DNA of 37,179 bases from a virus: IMG/VR virus record IMGVR_UViG_3300009100_000009; one strand, given 5' to 3'. The position numbers were made by a program, and so were the translations under genes. The notes beneath the pieces were generated by a model. The model was not told the DNA's origin and made no database searches. It saw only the letters and a program-made list of their open reading frames with translations. Within the stretch, counting starts at the first letter, position 1; every line of letters starts with the position of its first letter. Below are positions 15,224-23,099 of this stretch, piece after piece.

Positions 15224-15306
15224 CCCTACGCCAGACGGATGCGCGCGTGCGCGTGTATGTATGCGCGTGAGGGTAGGGGAGGGTCATTTCTGCCACTTCT
15301 GCCACC
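15197..15306. repeat. Perfect 22-bp inverted repeat, each arm being two tandem GTGGCAGAA 9-mers, flanking a 31-nt alternating Pu/Py tract (candidate ori, cruciform or terminator)
   Basis: Left arm 15197-15218 ggtggcagaagtggcagaaatg. Right arm 15285-15306 is its exact reverse complement. Inner helix ccctac/gtaggg. RY tract at 15239-15269. Confidence 0.85.
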
Positions 15307-15324
15307 CAAGATCGGGAGGCAGGG

Positions 15325-15609
15325 GTGAGACATCGGCACATGATCAGCACGGTGGCGACCAAGACCCGGTGTGGGCGGTGCCGACATCCCATCCTCGCCG
15401 CGCTCGACCAAGGGCTACCCGCTCGTGTCGAGCTGACCGCTCTCGACCGCAACGACGAAATAGCCGCATTGCTGGCCGGTCTCCACACCTATACGTACAC
15501 CGCCAATCATGAGCTTGTCGAGCGCAGTACCGAACGAATCACAAGTGGCAGGCCGGTCGGCACTATTCATGCCCAGCACCAATGTCCAGCACCGAAGGGA
15601 GAACGGTAA
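15325..15609 (+). CDS. Hypothetical protein (94 aa; CxxC near the N-terminus)
   Basis: RBS ggaggcagg then GTG 15325 (alternative ATG at 15340). Confidence 0.5.
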   Translation: MRHRHMISTVATKTRCGRCRHPILAALDQGLPARVELTALDRNDEIAALLAGLHTYTYTANHELVERSTERITSGRPVGTIHAQHQCPAPKGER

Positions 15610-16100
15610 TGCTCCTTGCTATTGATCCCGGCAACGCTGAGTCTGCATATGTCGTAATTGATGATAAGTGCCGACCGGTTAACTTCGGTAAGCTTCGTAA
15701 CCAAGATCTGTTGACTCACATAGGTTCAATAGCACATGAGGTCGAAACTGCGGCAATTGAGATGGTCGCCTCGTACGGCATGGCCGTGGGTGCCGACATC
15801 TTCGACACCTGTGTGTGGATCGGGCGCTTCTATCAGGTATTGGTCGGACCTATTTCGTCGGTACCGACGCGGTTGATCAAGCGATTGCAGATCAAGACCC
15901 ACCATTGCCACTCAGCGAAGGCGAATGATGCGAATATCCGTCAAGCGTTGATTGACCGGTTCGCCCCTGGTGAGCGGAACTATGGCAAAGGTACCCAGAA
16001 AGAGCCAGGTTGGTTCTTCGGTTTCCACTCCGATGTCTGGGCTGCCTACGCACTTGCCGTCTATGTCGCTGACGTCGCTACCGATCGGGGTAGCAGGTGA
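15609..16100 (+). CDS. RuvC-like Holliday junction resolvase
   Basis: MLLAIDPGNAESAYVV (catalytic Asp), AAIEMV (Glu), FHSDVWAAYALAVY (C-terminal Asp) follow the phage RuvC layout. TAATG overlap. Codon third positions are visibly AT-richer than in neighbouring genes. Confidence 0.75.
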   Translation: MLLAIDPGNAESAYVVIDDKCRPVNFGKLRNQDLLTHIGSIAHEVETAAIEMVASYGMAVGADIFDTCVWIGRFYQVLVGPISSVPTRLIKRLQIKTHHCHSAKANDANIRQALIDRFAPGERNYGKGTQKEPGWFFGFHSDVWAAYALAVYVADVATDRGSR

Positions 16101-16555
16101 GTCGCGTAGCCGCGCTCGACACCGATCGCGATCGACTCGTGCGGGAGGTTGCCGACGCGGTGCGCGAGCTGACCCAACCGTACCGGCGCGAGGTCAAGAG
16201 CTACCGATGGTCGAAGAGCAGAAACCGGGTATGGACGAGCTGGACGACGCAGTTCCCCTCGCTGCTCGACCAGATGCACGATGCGGCCGCCTACGATCGC
16301 CGCGGACAGCTCGGCGGCGGCGGTCGGCACATCCGGCCAGGCTCTGCCGTTTCGGCCGTCCTGGTGGCACTGGAGGGCATTCGGGTGTCGGTTCACGGGT
16401 GGGTGGTCGAGTTGGGCGGGGCGCCCGGGGGACTCGCCGCGGATCTTCGCCTACTCGTCGCCCTGGCGCCCATTGTCGATCATCGGACACTCGTGCGACT
16501 CGCCGCGGACGTGGCGCGCTGGCATCGGATCGCCGAGACATGCTCGGGCTGGTGA
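16097..16555 (+). CDS. Hypothetical protein (152 aa)
   Basis: GTGA overlap with the RuvC stop. High GC3. Confidence 0.5.
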   Translation: MSRVAALDTDRDRLVREVADAVRELTQPYRREVKSYRWSKSRNRVWTSWTTQFPSLLDQMHDAAAYDRRGQLGGGGRHIRPGSAVSAVLVALEGIRVSVHGWVVELGGAPGGLAADLRLLVALAPIVDHRTLVRLAADVARWHRIAETCSGW

Positions 16556-16556
16556 C

Positions 16557-16585
16557 TTGACATGATGGAGATCAAATACGAAGAT
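16557..16585 (+). promoter_or_regulatory. Candidate sigma70-like promoter
   Basis: TTGACA (16557-16562), 17-nt spacer, gaagat (16580-16585), followed by RBS gggaggag. Confidence 0.35.
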
Positions 16586-16608
16586 TGCGACGGGAGGAGT
16601 CTGTCCCA

Positions 16609-16794
16609 ATGGACGATTGGCTTGGACTCGATGTCTGGCAACGTGCGGGTTCCATCGAGGGTCGCGAATCGGCGCACATGGTCACGGTGGTCGATCCCGA
16701 TCTTGGCGCCATCGCTGAGTTGACCGATCTGGCCGGGAATCGGTTCTATGGCGTAGATCAGCGGGCTACCCAGCCGGCCTCGACGCAGCGCTGA
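16609..16794 (+). CDS. Hypothetical protein (61 aa)
   Basis: RBS gggaggag 8 nt before ATG 16609. Its 3' end overlaps the convergent gene. Confidence 0.4.
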   Translation: MDDWLGLDVWQRAGSIEGRESAHMVTVVDPDLGAIAELTDLAGNRFYGVDQRATQPASTQR

Positions 16795-17180
16795 GCGAAC
16801 CCATCCGCCGCGATTCGCCAAGCGCTTGTCGACCCGTCCGCGACCCGCGCCAGATCGGCCGCAAGATCTGTGATCCGCTCGGTGCGCGAGGTGCGCGCCC
16901 ACTCGTTGACCCGTCTGGCCAGCTCGGCCCGCTCGGCAGGCGAGTCCGCTTGCGGATACCCGGCAGCGAAGTCGTCACAGGCCAGGCGCGCCGCGTCGTC
17001 CAGCTCGACGGCCGCCGCAGGCGCAGGGGTGGGAGTGTCGTCGCCGAGCAGTCCCACGAAGACGCCCGCCACGGCCACGGCCAGCAGTCCGGCCAGCAGT
17101 CCGAGCAGCCACACAGGAGGCTTCCGGCTGGACTTAGGGCGCACGGGGACACGCTGGGGAAGCTGAGAATGTTGGGTCAC
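16758..17180 (-). CDS. Reverse-oriented single-TM membrane-anchored protein (moron-like)
   Basis: VWLLGLLAGLLAVAVAGVFVGLL is a TM helix followed by a soluble domain. GTG 17180 would be leaderless behind ttcaat-18nt-tatgct (minus strand, 17187-17216). An alternative ATG at 17225 is possible. Confidence 0.5.
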   Translation of the reverse strand: MTQHSQLPQRVPVRPKSSRKPPVWLLGLLAGLLAVAVAGVFVGLLGDDTPTPAPAAAVELDDAARLACDDFAAGYPQADSPAERAELARRVNEWARTSRTERITDLAADLARVADGSTSAWRIAADGFAQRCVEAGWVAR

Positions 17181-17227
17181 GCCGATAGCATAGCGCGTGA
17201 GCCTATAGCGATTGAAGGGCGCCACTG

Positions 17228-18409
17228 ATGCCGTTTCCGGCCAGCGTCACCACTGTCACGGTGCACATGGCCCTGCTCGACGGGCAGGGCCAGCCTTTCG
17301 CGGGACAGGTCATGTGGGTGATCCCGCAGGTGCTGCGCGACGTCACCGGGAACATCGTGATCACGCCAGGAGCCCACATCGCCGAGCTGGACGCGGACGG
17401 CGAAGCCTCGATCACCCTGCCCGCTACCGACGATCCCGACCTCGCGCCGCAGGGCTGGACGTACGACGTCGTGATCTCCGGAACAGGGATGCGCAGCCAG
17501 GCGATGCGCATACAACTGCCGGTTGCGCTCGGCGCCGGACCGGTCGAATTCAGCGACCTGGCGACCGTCGAAGACCCACCCGACGTCATCGCGTACCTGC
17601 CCATCGTCGGCGGCACGCTGACCGGCCCGCTCGTCCTGTCCGGCGCACCGACACAGGCGCTGCACGCCGCGACGAAGGCCTACGTCGATGCCGGCGCGGG
17701 TGGCATTTCGCCGACCATCCTCGACGCCAAGGGCGACCTTCTGGCCGCCAGTGCAGCGGACGCGCCGGTTCGCGTGGCGGTCGGCAGCAACGGACAGGTG
17801 CTGACCGCCGATTCGACGCAGGTCGCGGGGGTGCGATGGGCGACGCCATCCGCGGGCGACGGTGGTGCGCTCTACCCGCCGGAGGGCTACGGGCTCAAGG
17901 CGATGTCTGCCGATCCGACACACCACCAGGGCTCTGCGGGCATCGGCTCTGACACGATCTGGGCCACACGGCTGTGGATTCCGGCTGGTGTCGCCATCGC
18001 CAATCTCTACGTCGCGGTGCGGGCCGGCGGCACGCACAACGGCGCCACGGCCGGTAACCAGCTCGGCCTGTACGACGACACAGGCGCGCAGGTCGACACC
18101 ACGGCCAGCGACGACACACTGTGGACGGCGGCCGGCTGGCGGGGCGGTGCCCTACAGGGTGGGGCCGTTGCGGCGCAGGGGGCCGGGCGATTCGTCTACG
18201 TCCTGTGGATCACGCGGGGACTCACCGTCAACGTGAGCATCCCCTATCCCAGCAGCGCGGATGACGCCAACGCGGTGTATGCCTCCACCGGGGTGGGTGG
18301 TGGCAACCGGCGCGCCATGTACGCCGCTGGCGCGTCGCTGCCCGCATCGTTCGACCCGACGTCCTATGGCACGTCCACCGGCTTTCTGTCGCTGGTAGGC
18401 GTCAGCTGA
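17228..18409 (+). CDS. Tail fibre / receptor-binding-like protein, located away from the tail module
   Basis: GGTLTGPLVLSGAPTQALHAATKAYVD and KGDLLAASAADAPVRVAVGSNGQVLTADSTQVAGVRW are motifs I associate with actinophage tail fibres and minor tail proteins. Confidence 0.6.
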   Translation: MPFPASVTTVTVHMALLDGQGQPFAGQVMWVIPQVLRDVTGNIVITPGAHIAELDADGEASITLPATDDPDLAPQGWTYDVVISGTGMRSQAMRIQLPVALGAGPVEFSDLATVEDPPDVIAYLPIVGGTLTGPLVLSGAPTQALHAATKAYVDAGAGGISPTILDAKGDLLAASAADAPVRVAVGSNGQVLTADSTQVAGVRWATPSAGDGGALYPPEGYGLKAMSADPTHHQGSAGIGSDTIWATRLWIPAGVAIANLYVAVRAGGTHNGATAGNQLGLYDDTGAQVDTTASDDTLWTAAGWRGGALQGGAVAAQGAGRFVYVLWITRGLTVNVSIPYPSSADDANAVYASTGVGGGNRRAMYAAGASLPASFDPTSYGTSTGFLSLVGVS

Positions 18410-18711
18410 TGACCTCCCGGGAGTGGCGTACCGTACCCCTACCCCCGGGATGGAAGACCCGCATCGTCCCGCGCATCCTGCGCAGGGATCCACGATGCAG
18501 GCTGCGGACACACTGCTGGGGTGCGAAGAGCACCGAGGTCGACCACATCGACGACCCAGCGGACCACAGCGACGCCAACCTGCGCGGCGTGTGCAGCAGA
18601 TGCCACGCTCACCGCACCGGACAACAGGGCGCGGCAGCGATGCACGCACGACGACCACGGCGTGAGCGCAGGCCCGCGCCGCACCCGGGCCTGCGCGGTG
18701 ACGCGGCGTGA
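18409..18711 (+). CDS. HNH endonuclease (packaging-associated)
   Basis: CRLRTHCWGAKSTEVDHIDDPADHSDANLRGVCSRCHAHRT matches C..C...H-N-H...C..CH. It lies upstream of the terminase genes. Confidence 0.85.
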   Translation: MTSREWRTVPLPPGWKTRIVPRILRRDPRCRLRTHCWGAKSTEVDHIDDPADHSDANLRGVCSRCHAHRTGQQGAAAMHARRPRRERRPAPHPGLRGDAA

Positions 18712-18853
18712 CGGCGGGGGTGGGGGGAGACCCCGGCCCAGGGGGCTGACCAGCGGCGAGGGTTAGCGCCTGCCAGCCTGTGTGAAACTTGATCACTCTG
18801 TGTAGTCGTCGCCGGCGTAACGCATTCAGTCTCACGAATGGGGAGTATCTACA

Positions 18854-19063
18854 ATGGACTCAGCGGACATCGCGCACCGGTTCGAGTTTCACCCGGCCAC
18901 CACGGACGAGAAGCGCGAAGCGCATGAGAACGTTCGCCAGAACTGCGGGTGGTTGGCCAGCTACCTGAACGAAGTCCTCCCCGATGGGCGCGAGAAGTCC
19001 CTCGCGATTACCCACCTGGAGGAAGTCATGTTCTGGGGCAATGCTGCCCTGGCTCGGGCCTGA
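18854..19063 (+). CDS. Small helical protein, Acb2-like (Phage_gp49_66 family) candidate
   Basis: RFEFHPATTDEKREAHENVRQ...PDGREKSLAITHLEEVMFWGNAALARA. The motif assignment is from memory only. Confidence 0.4.
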   Translation: MDSADIAHRFEFHPATTDEKREAHENVRQNCGWLASYLNEVLPDGREKSLAITHLEEVMFWGNAALARA

Positions 19064-19077
19064 CGGGGAGGGCATCC

Positions 19078-19536
19078 ATGGCTGTCGCTGGGCGCAAGCC
19101 TAAGCCGGAGGACCAGCGGCGTAACCGGCATGCGCCAACCCACCAGTGGACCGAGGTGCCCGACGTCCCGCACGAGGGGGCGCCCGCGCTGCCGGACCGG
19201 CCGCCGTTCGTGCACCCGAAGTACGGAGTCGTGCTGGCCGAGTCCTGGCCGCCGGCCACCGAGCGCTGGTGGCGGGTCATCTCGCGGATGCCGCACTGCG
19301 TGCTCTGGACCGAGGCCGACTGGCAGTACGCGATGGACACTGCCGAGGTGCACGCTCGCTGGACGCTGGGCCTGACCGGCGCGACCGAGCTGCGTATCCG
19401 GGAGAAGCGCCTCGGTAACACGCTGGACGCCAGGCGGGACCTGCGGATCCGCTACGTCGCGCCACCGACCGAGCAGGCGCCGGACGAGCCGGGCGAGGTC
19501 GTGCAGCTCGACCAGTACCGTGACCTCTACGGCTGA
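19078..19536 (+). CDS. Terminase small subunit (P27-like)
   Basis: RBS ggggagg then ATG 19078. N-terminus AGRKPKPEDQRRNR and its position before TerL. Confidence 0.7.
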   Translation: MAVAGRKPKPEDQRRNRHAPTHQWTEVPDVPHEGAPALPDRPPFVHPKYGVVLAESWPPATERWWRVISRMPHCVLWTEADWQYAMDTAEVHARWTLGLTGATELRIREKRLGNTLDARRDLRIRYVAPPTEQAPDEPGEVVQLDQYRDLYG

Positions 19537-21286
19537 CCTGGACCTCCCGCCCGGGTACTACCGGGACCGGTGGCGCGGGACCGGGGCATGGTGCACGCTG
19601 CCATGGCCGGACGACCTGTCCGAGCTGCCGCCCTCGATCGGCCCGCAGGTCATCGCGTGGGCAGAGTGGCGGACGTACGAGCAGACCGGCCAGCCGGGAC
19701 TCATCCACCACCTGACCGGCGAACCGTGGGCCTTCACCCCGGGACAGCGGCGGTTCCTCCACTTGTGGTACGCCTACGATCCGGAGACCGGCCGGTGGAC
19801 CTGGCGCCGGGGGGTGCGCCGCGGTGCCAAGGGGACCGGCAAGGACCCGTTCGGTGGCGCGCTGTGCGACATCGAGCTCGTCGGCCCGTCGTGGCTGGTG
19901 TGGCGGGATGGGCGCTGGATCGGTGAGCGGCACCGCATGCCGCTGGTCCAGGTCGCGAGCAACTCCGAGGCACAGTCCAAGGACCTATTGAGGGTCGCCA
20001 ATGGACTGTTTGGCCGGCACGCCCGCGAGTTCTACCGTATCGACTGCGGTGAGACGCGCACGATCGTCGAGGACGACGATTTCGGCGGCCGGCTGGAGGT
20101 GCTCACCAGTTCGGAGCGCACCGCCGAAGGCGACCCGGCCACATTCATCTTTCTGAATGAGACCCACCACATGACCGAGAGCAACGGTGGGCACCGGATC
20201 GCCCGGGTGGCGCGGCGCAACGTCGGCAAGTCCCCGGCCGAGTTGCAGGCCCGGGTGTGCGATGCCACGAACGCGCACGAGCAGGGCAGCGACTCGATCG
20301 GCGAGCGGGCCTATGAGGCCTGGCAGAAACAGGTCAGCGGCAAGTACCCGAACCTGCGCCACGACATCCTGTATGACTCGATCGAGGCGCCACCGGACAC
20401 CGACCTGTACGACGACGAGTCGCGCCGCGCCGGCCTGGCCGCCGCGTACATGGACTCGCCATGGTCGGACCTGGAGCGCCTCGACGGCGAGGTGCTCGAC
20501 CCGGAGACGAGCCTCGCCGACTCGATCCGGTACTACCTCAACGGCCTGGCCACCCGCGAGGACGCGTGGATCGACCCGCGCAAGTTCGACGCGCTGACGC
20601 GGGCCGGGACCGTCATCGCCGACCGCGAGCAGGTTGCCCTGTTCCTGGACTGCTCGAAATCCGGTGACTCGACCGCCCTGGTGGCCTGCCGGATCTCCGA
20701 CGGCTACGTGTTCGTGCTCGGCGTATGGCAGCGCCCGCACGGTGACCGCGGCAAAGGCTGGTTGGCACCGCGGCACGAGGTCGACGTACAGGTGCGTACC
20801 GCCTTCGAGCGCTGGGCGATCGTGTGGTTCGGTGTCGACCCGTCGCCGGCCCGTGACGACGAGGACGAGCACAACTATTGGATGCCGCTGGTCGACGCCT
20901 GGCATCGGGACTTCCATCGCAAGCTGAAGGTGTGGGCGACCGGCGGGGCGAAGCGTGGGCACAGCGTGCTGTTCGACATGCGGGTCAAGATGCCGGGTGG
21001 AGCGGAGCGGAACCGGATGTTCACGGCGGCCGCGGAGCAGGCCGCCGCGGACATCGACGAGCACGGCACGTTGACACACGACGGATCGGCGATCCTGCGC
21101 ATGCACGTGCACAACGCGCGACGTCGCACCAACCCGTGGGGTGTCTCGCTCGGCAAGGAAACTCGCGACTCGAAGAAGCTCGTCGATGCCGCGGTGTCCA
21201 TGGTGGGTGCTCGGATGGGTAGGCGGATCGCGTTGAACAGCGGCAAGGTCAAGCAGCAACGGCGGACGGGAAGGGCGGTTTTCTAG
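19520..21286 (+). CDS. Terminase large subunit
   Basis: 588 aa. Walker-A-like RRGAKGTGKD, ATPase FIFLNETHHM, and a C-terminal nuclease-like region. Synteny TerS-TerL-portal. Confidence 0.9.
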   Translation: MTSTADLDLPPGYYRDRWRGTGAWCTLPWPDDLSELPPSIGPQVIAWAEWRTYEQTGQPGLIHHLTGEPWAFTPGQRRFLHLWYAYDPETGRWTWRRGVRRGAKGTGKDPFGGALCDIELVGPSWLVWRDGRWIGERHRMPLVQVASNSEAQSKDLLRVANGLFGRHAREFYRIDCGETRTIVEDDDFGGRLEVLTSSERTAEGDPATFIFLNETHHMTESNGGHRIARVARRNVGKSPAELQARVCDATNAHEQGSDSIGERAYEAWQKQVSGKYPNLRHDILYDSIEAPPDTDLYDDESRRAGLAAAYMDSPWSDLERLDGEVLDPETSLADSIRYYLNGLATREDAWIDPRKFDALTRAGTVIADREQVALFLDCSKSGDSTALVACRISDGYVFVLGVWQRPHGDRGKGWLAPRHEVDVQVRTAFERWAIVWFGVDPSPARDDEDEHNYWMPLVDAWHRDFHRKLKVWATGGAKRGHSVLFDMRVKMPGGAERNRMFTAAAEQAAADIDEHGTLTHDGSAILRMHVHNARRRTNPWGVSLGKETRDSKKLVDAAVSMVGARMGRRIALNSGKVKQQRRTGRAVF

Positions 21287-22690
21287 GTGCCACTGTCCGA
21301 GGACGCGGCTGTTGAGCGGGCGCAGGAGATGATGGAGCGGCACCGTTCCGAGCGTGCCGAGCTGGACGTGTTGCGCCGGTACTGGACTGGGCGGCAACGG
21401 TTTCCCGCGGTCATTCCGAATGACGCGCCGGCCGAGGTGCGTGAGATGGCCCGGGTCGCCCGGGTCAACATCTGTGACATCGTGGTCAACTCGCTGACAC
21501 AGGCGCTGTTCGTCGATGGCTTCCGGGCGCGCGATGAGGAATCTGGTGACGACGTCACGGTGCCTGTCTGGTCGGCCTGGCAGGCCAACCGCATGAACAA
21601 GCATCAGGCCGGCTTGCACCGGGCCACCATCGCCTACGGCACTGGGTACACGGTGGTCACCCCCGGCGACCCGGTGCCGGTGATCCGGGCTGTGTCACCG
21701 CGGATGCTCACCGCGGTCTACGGCGCCGATCCCGACTGGCCACGCTTTGCCCTTGAGAAGCGCCCGACCGCTGGGGACTGGCGCCTGTACGACGACTCCG
21801 CGGTGTACACGCTGCGGATGGAGCGCGACCGATTTGCAGTTGCCGCGATCGATGAGCATGGCTTGCCATACACTCCCGTGGTTCGCTACCAGGACGCGCA
21901 GGATCTCGACCTGGACGATGACGCCATAACCGAGGCGCCCGGCCGCGTGGGTGGCGCCGCGACCACCACCATCGTGTGTGGACAGATAGCGCCGCTGATG
22001 ACGTTGCAGGACCAGATCAACCTGACGTCGTTCTCACTCAAAGCCGCGGAGTGGTACTCGGCGTTCCGGCAGCGCTGGATCGTAGGCTGGACCCCGGCGA
22101 GCGACGAGATCAAGATGAAGGCTGCCGCGTCACAGATGTGGACCTTCGACGAGGTGCCCGATGACGTCCAGCTCGGCGAGTTCGCACAGACCGTGCTCGA
22201 CGGGTACCTGCGCTCCCGCGAGGCCTCAGTCAAGTATGCGGCCACCCTGAGCCAGACGCCCGTACACGAGCTCGTCGGCGAGCTGGTCAACCTGTCCGCC
22301 GAGGCGCTGGCCGCGGCCGAGGCCGGCAAGGATCGCAAGGTCGACGAGCGCAAGACCGGTTTCGGCGAGTCGCACGAGCAGACCTTTCAGACCGTGGGCG
22401 CGCTCATGGGCATCGAGGTGCCGGATGACGCCCAGGTGATCTGGCGGGACACGTCGGCTCGCGCGTTCGGTGCCATTGTGGACGGACTCGGCAAGCTGGC
22501 GCAGATGCTCGGCATCCCGCCGCAGGAGCTGTGGGATCGGGTGCCCGGCGCCACTCAGCAGGATGTCCGCCGCTGGCGGGCCGCGGCCGAGTCCGGGGAC
22601 CTGATAGCCGGTCTCAACTCGCTCATGGGGCAGGGCGGGGCGGGTGACGGCGGCTCAGGCGCGGGCGCTGACGCTGGCGCACAGGCGTAA
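21287..22690 (+). CDS. Portal protein
   Basis: 467 aa directly after TerL (TAG then GTG). Size, position and an acidic/Gly-rich C-terminal tail are typical. Confidence 0.8.
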   Translation: MPLSEDAAVERAQEMMERHRSERAELDVLRRYWTGRQRFPAVIPNDAPAEVREMARVARVNICDIVVNSLTQALFVDGFRARDEESGDDVTVPVWSAWQANRMNKHQAGLHRATIAYGTGYTVVTPGDPVPVIRAVSPRMLTAVYGADPDWPRFALEKRPTAGDWRLYDDSAVYTLRMERDRFAVAAIDEHGLPYTPVVRYQDAQDLDLDDDAITEAPGRVGGAATTTIVCGQIAPLMTLQDQINLTSFSLKAAEWYSAFRQRWIVGWTPASDEIKMKAAASQMWTFDEVPDDVQLGEFAQTVLDGYLRSREASVKYAATLSQTPVHELVGELVNLSAEALAAAEAGKDRKVDERKTGFGESHEQTFQTVGALMGIEVPDDAQVIWRDTSARAFGAIVDGLGKLAQMLGIPPQELWDRVPGATQQDVRRWRAAAESGDLIAGLNSLMGQGGAGDGGSGAGADAGAQA

Positions 22691-23099
22691 CCTCGCCGCG
22701 CTCACGTCCGTCGTCGGTCGCCAGGTGCGCTCGATCACCGTAGGCGCTGACCTGGCCGCGATCGAGGACTGGTGGCTGGCCGGCGCCGGCCGCAGGGCCG
22801 AGCAGGCTGTCACGGCCGGGCATCGCGCCGCGGTGACGCTGGCCGTACGGTACCTGCGCGCGCACGCGGACGCGTCCGGCGCCACGGTGGACCCGTTGCC
22901 GGCGCGTCTGGATGTCGAGAGGATGCGCGGCTCGCTGTTCGTGAGCTCGGTCGGAGCGTTCCTGGACAATCTGCGGGTCTCGCAGTCCCAGCCGGCCGCG
23001 GCGCGGGTGATGACGTCGCGGCTGGTCGCCTCGGCGCATCGGCTCGTGCTGGCCGGAGAGCGGGACACGGTGACCGGCACGTTCCTGGCGGGGCGGTAG
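22644..23099 (+). CDS. MuF-like head morphogenesis protein, N-terminal segment (ends at an in-frame TAG)
   Basis: Portal-adjacent position. Same reading frame as 23100..23948. The MuF Cys/His signature starts only a few residues beyond the TAG. Confidence 0.55.
   Translation: MTAAQARALTLAHRRNLAALTSVVGRQVRSITVGADLAAIEDWWLAGAGRRAEQAVTAGHRAAVTLAVRYLRAHADASGATVDPLPARLDVERMRGSLFVSSVGAFLDNLRVSQSQPAAARVMTSRLVASAHRLVLAGERDTVTGTFLAGR

Noticed and set aside
19985-21619. 544-aa ORF on the minus strand
   Set aside because: It is antisense to the well-supported terminase large subunit and portal genes. The product is Arg/Pro/Gly-rich with no motifs. This is a typical shadow ORF of a high-GC genome, where stop codons are rare in the antisense frame.
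23097-23099. Genome-wide reassignment of TAG to a sense codon, as an explanation for the split MuF gene
   Set aside because: TAG terminates TerL (21284-21286), the 11866..12609 gene, the G chaperone (31807-31809) and the tape measure (34093-34095). Each of these is at a position where the next gene starts immediately, so TAG functions as a stop in this genome.
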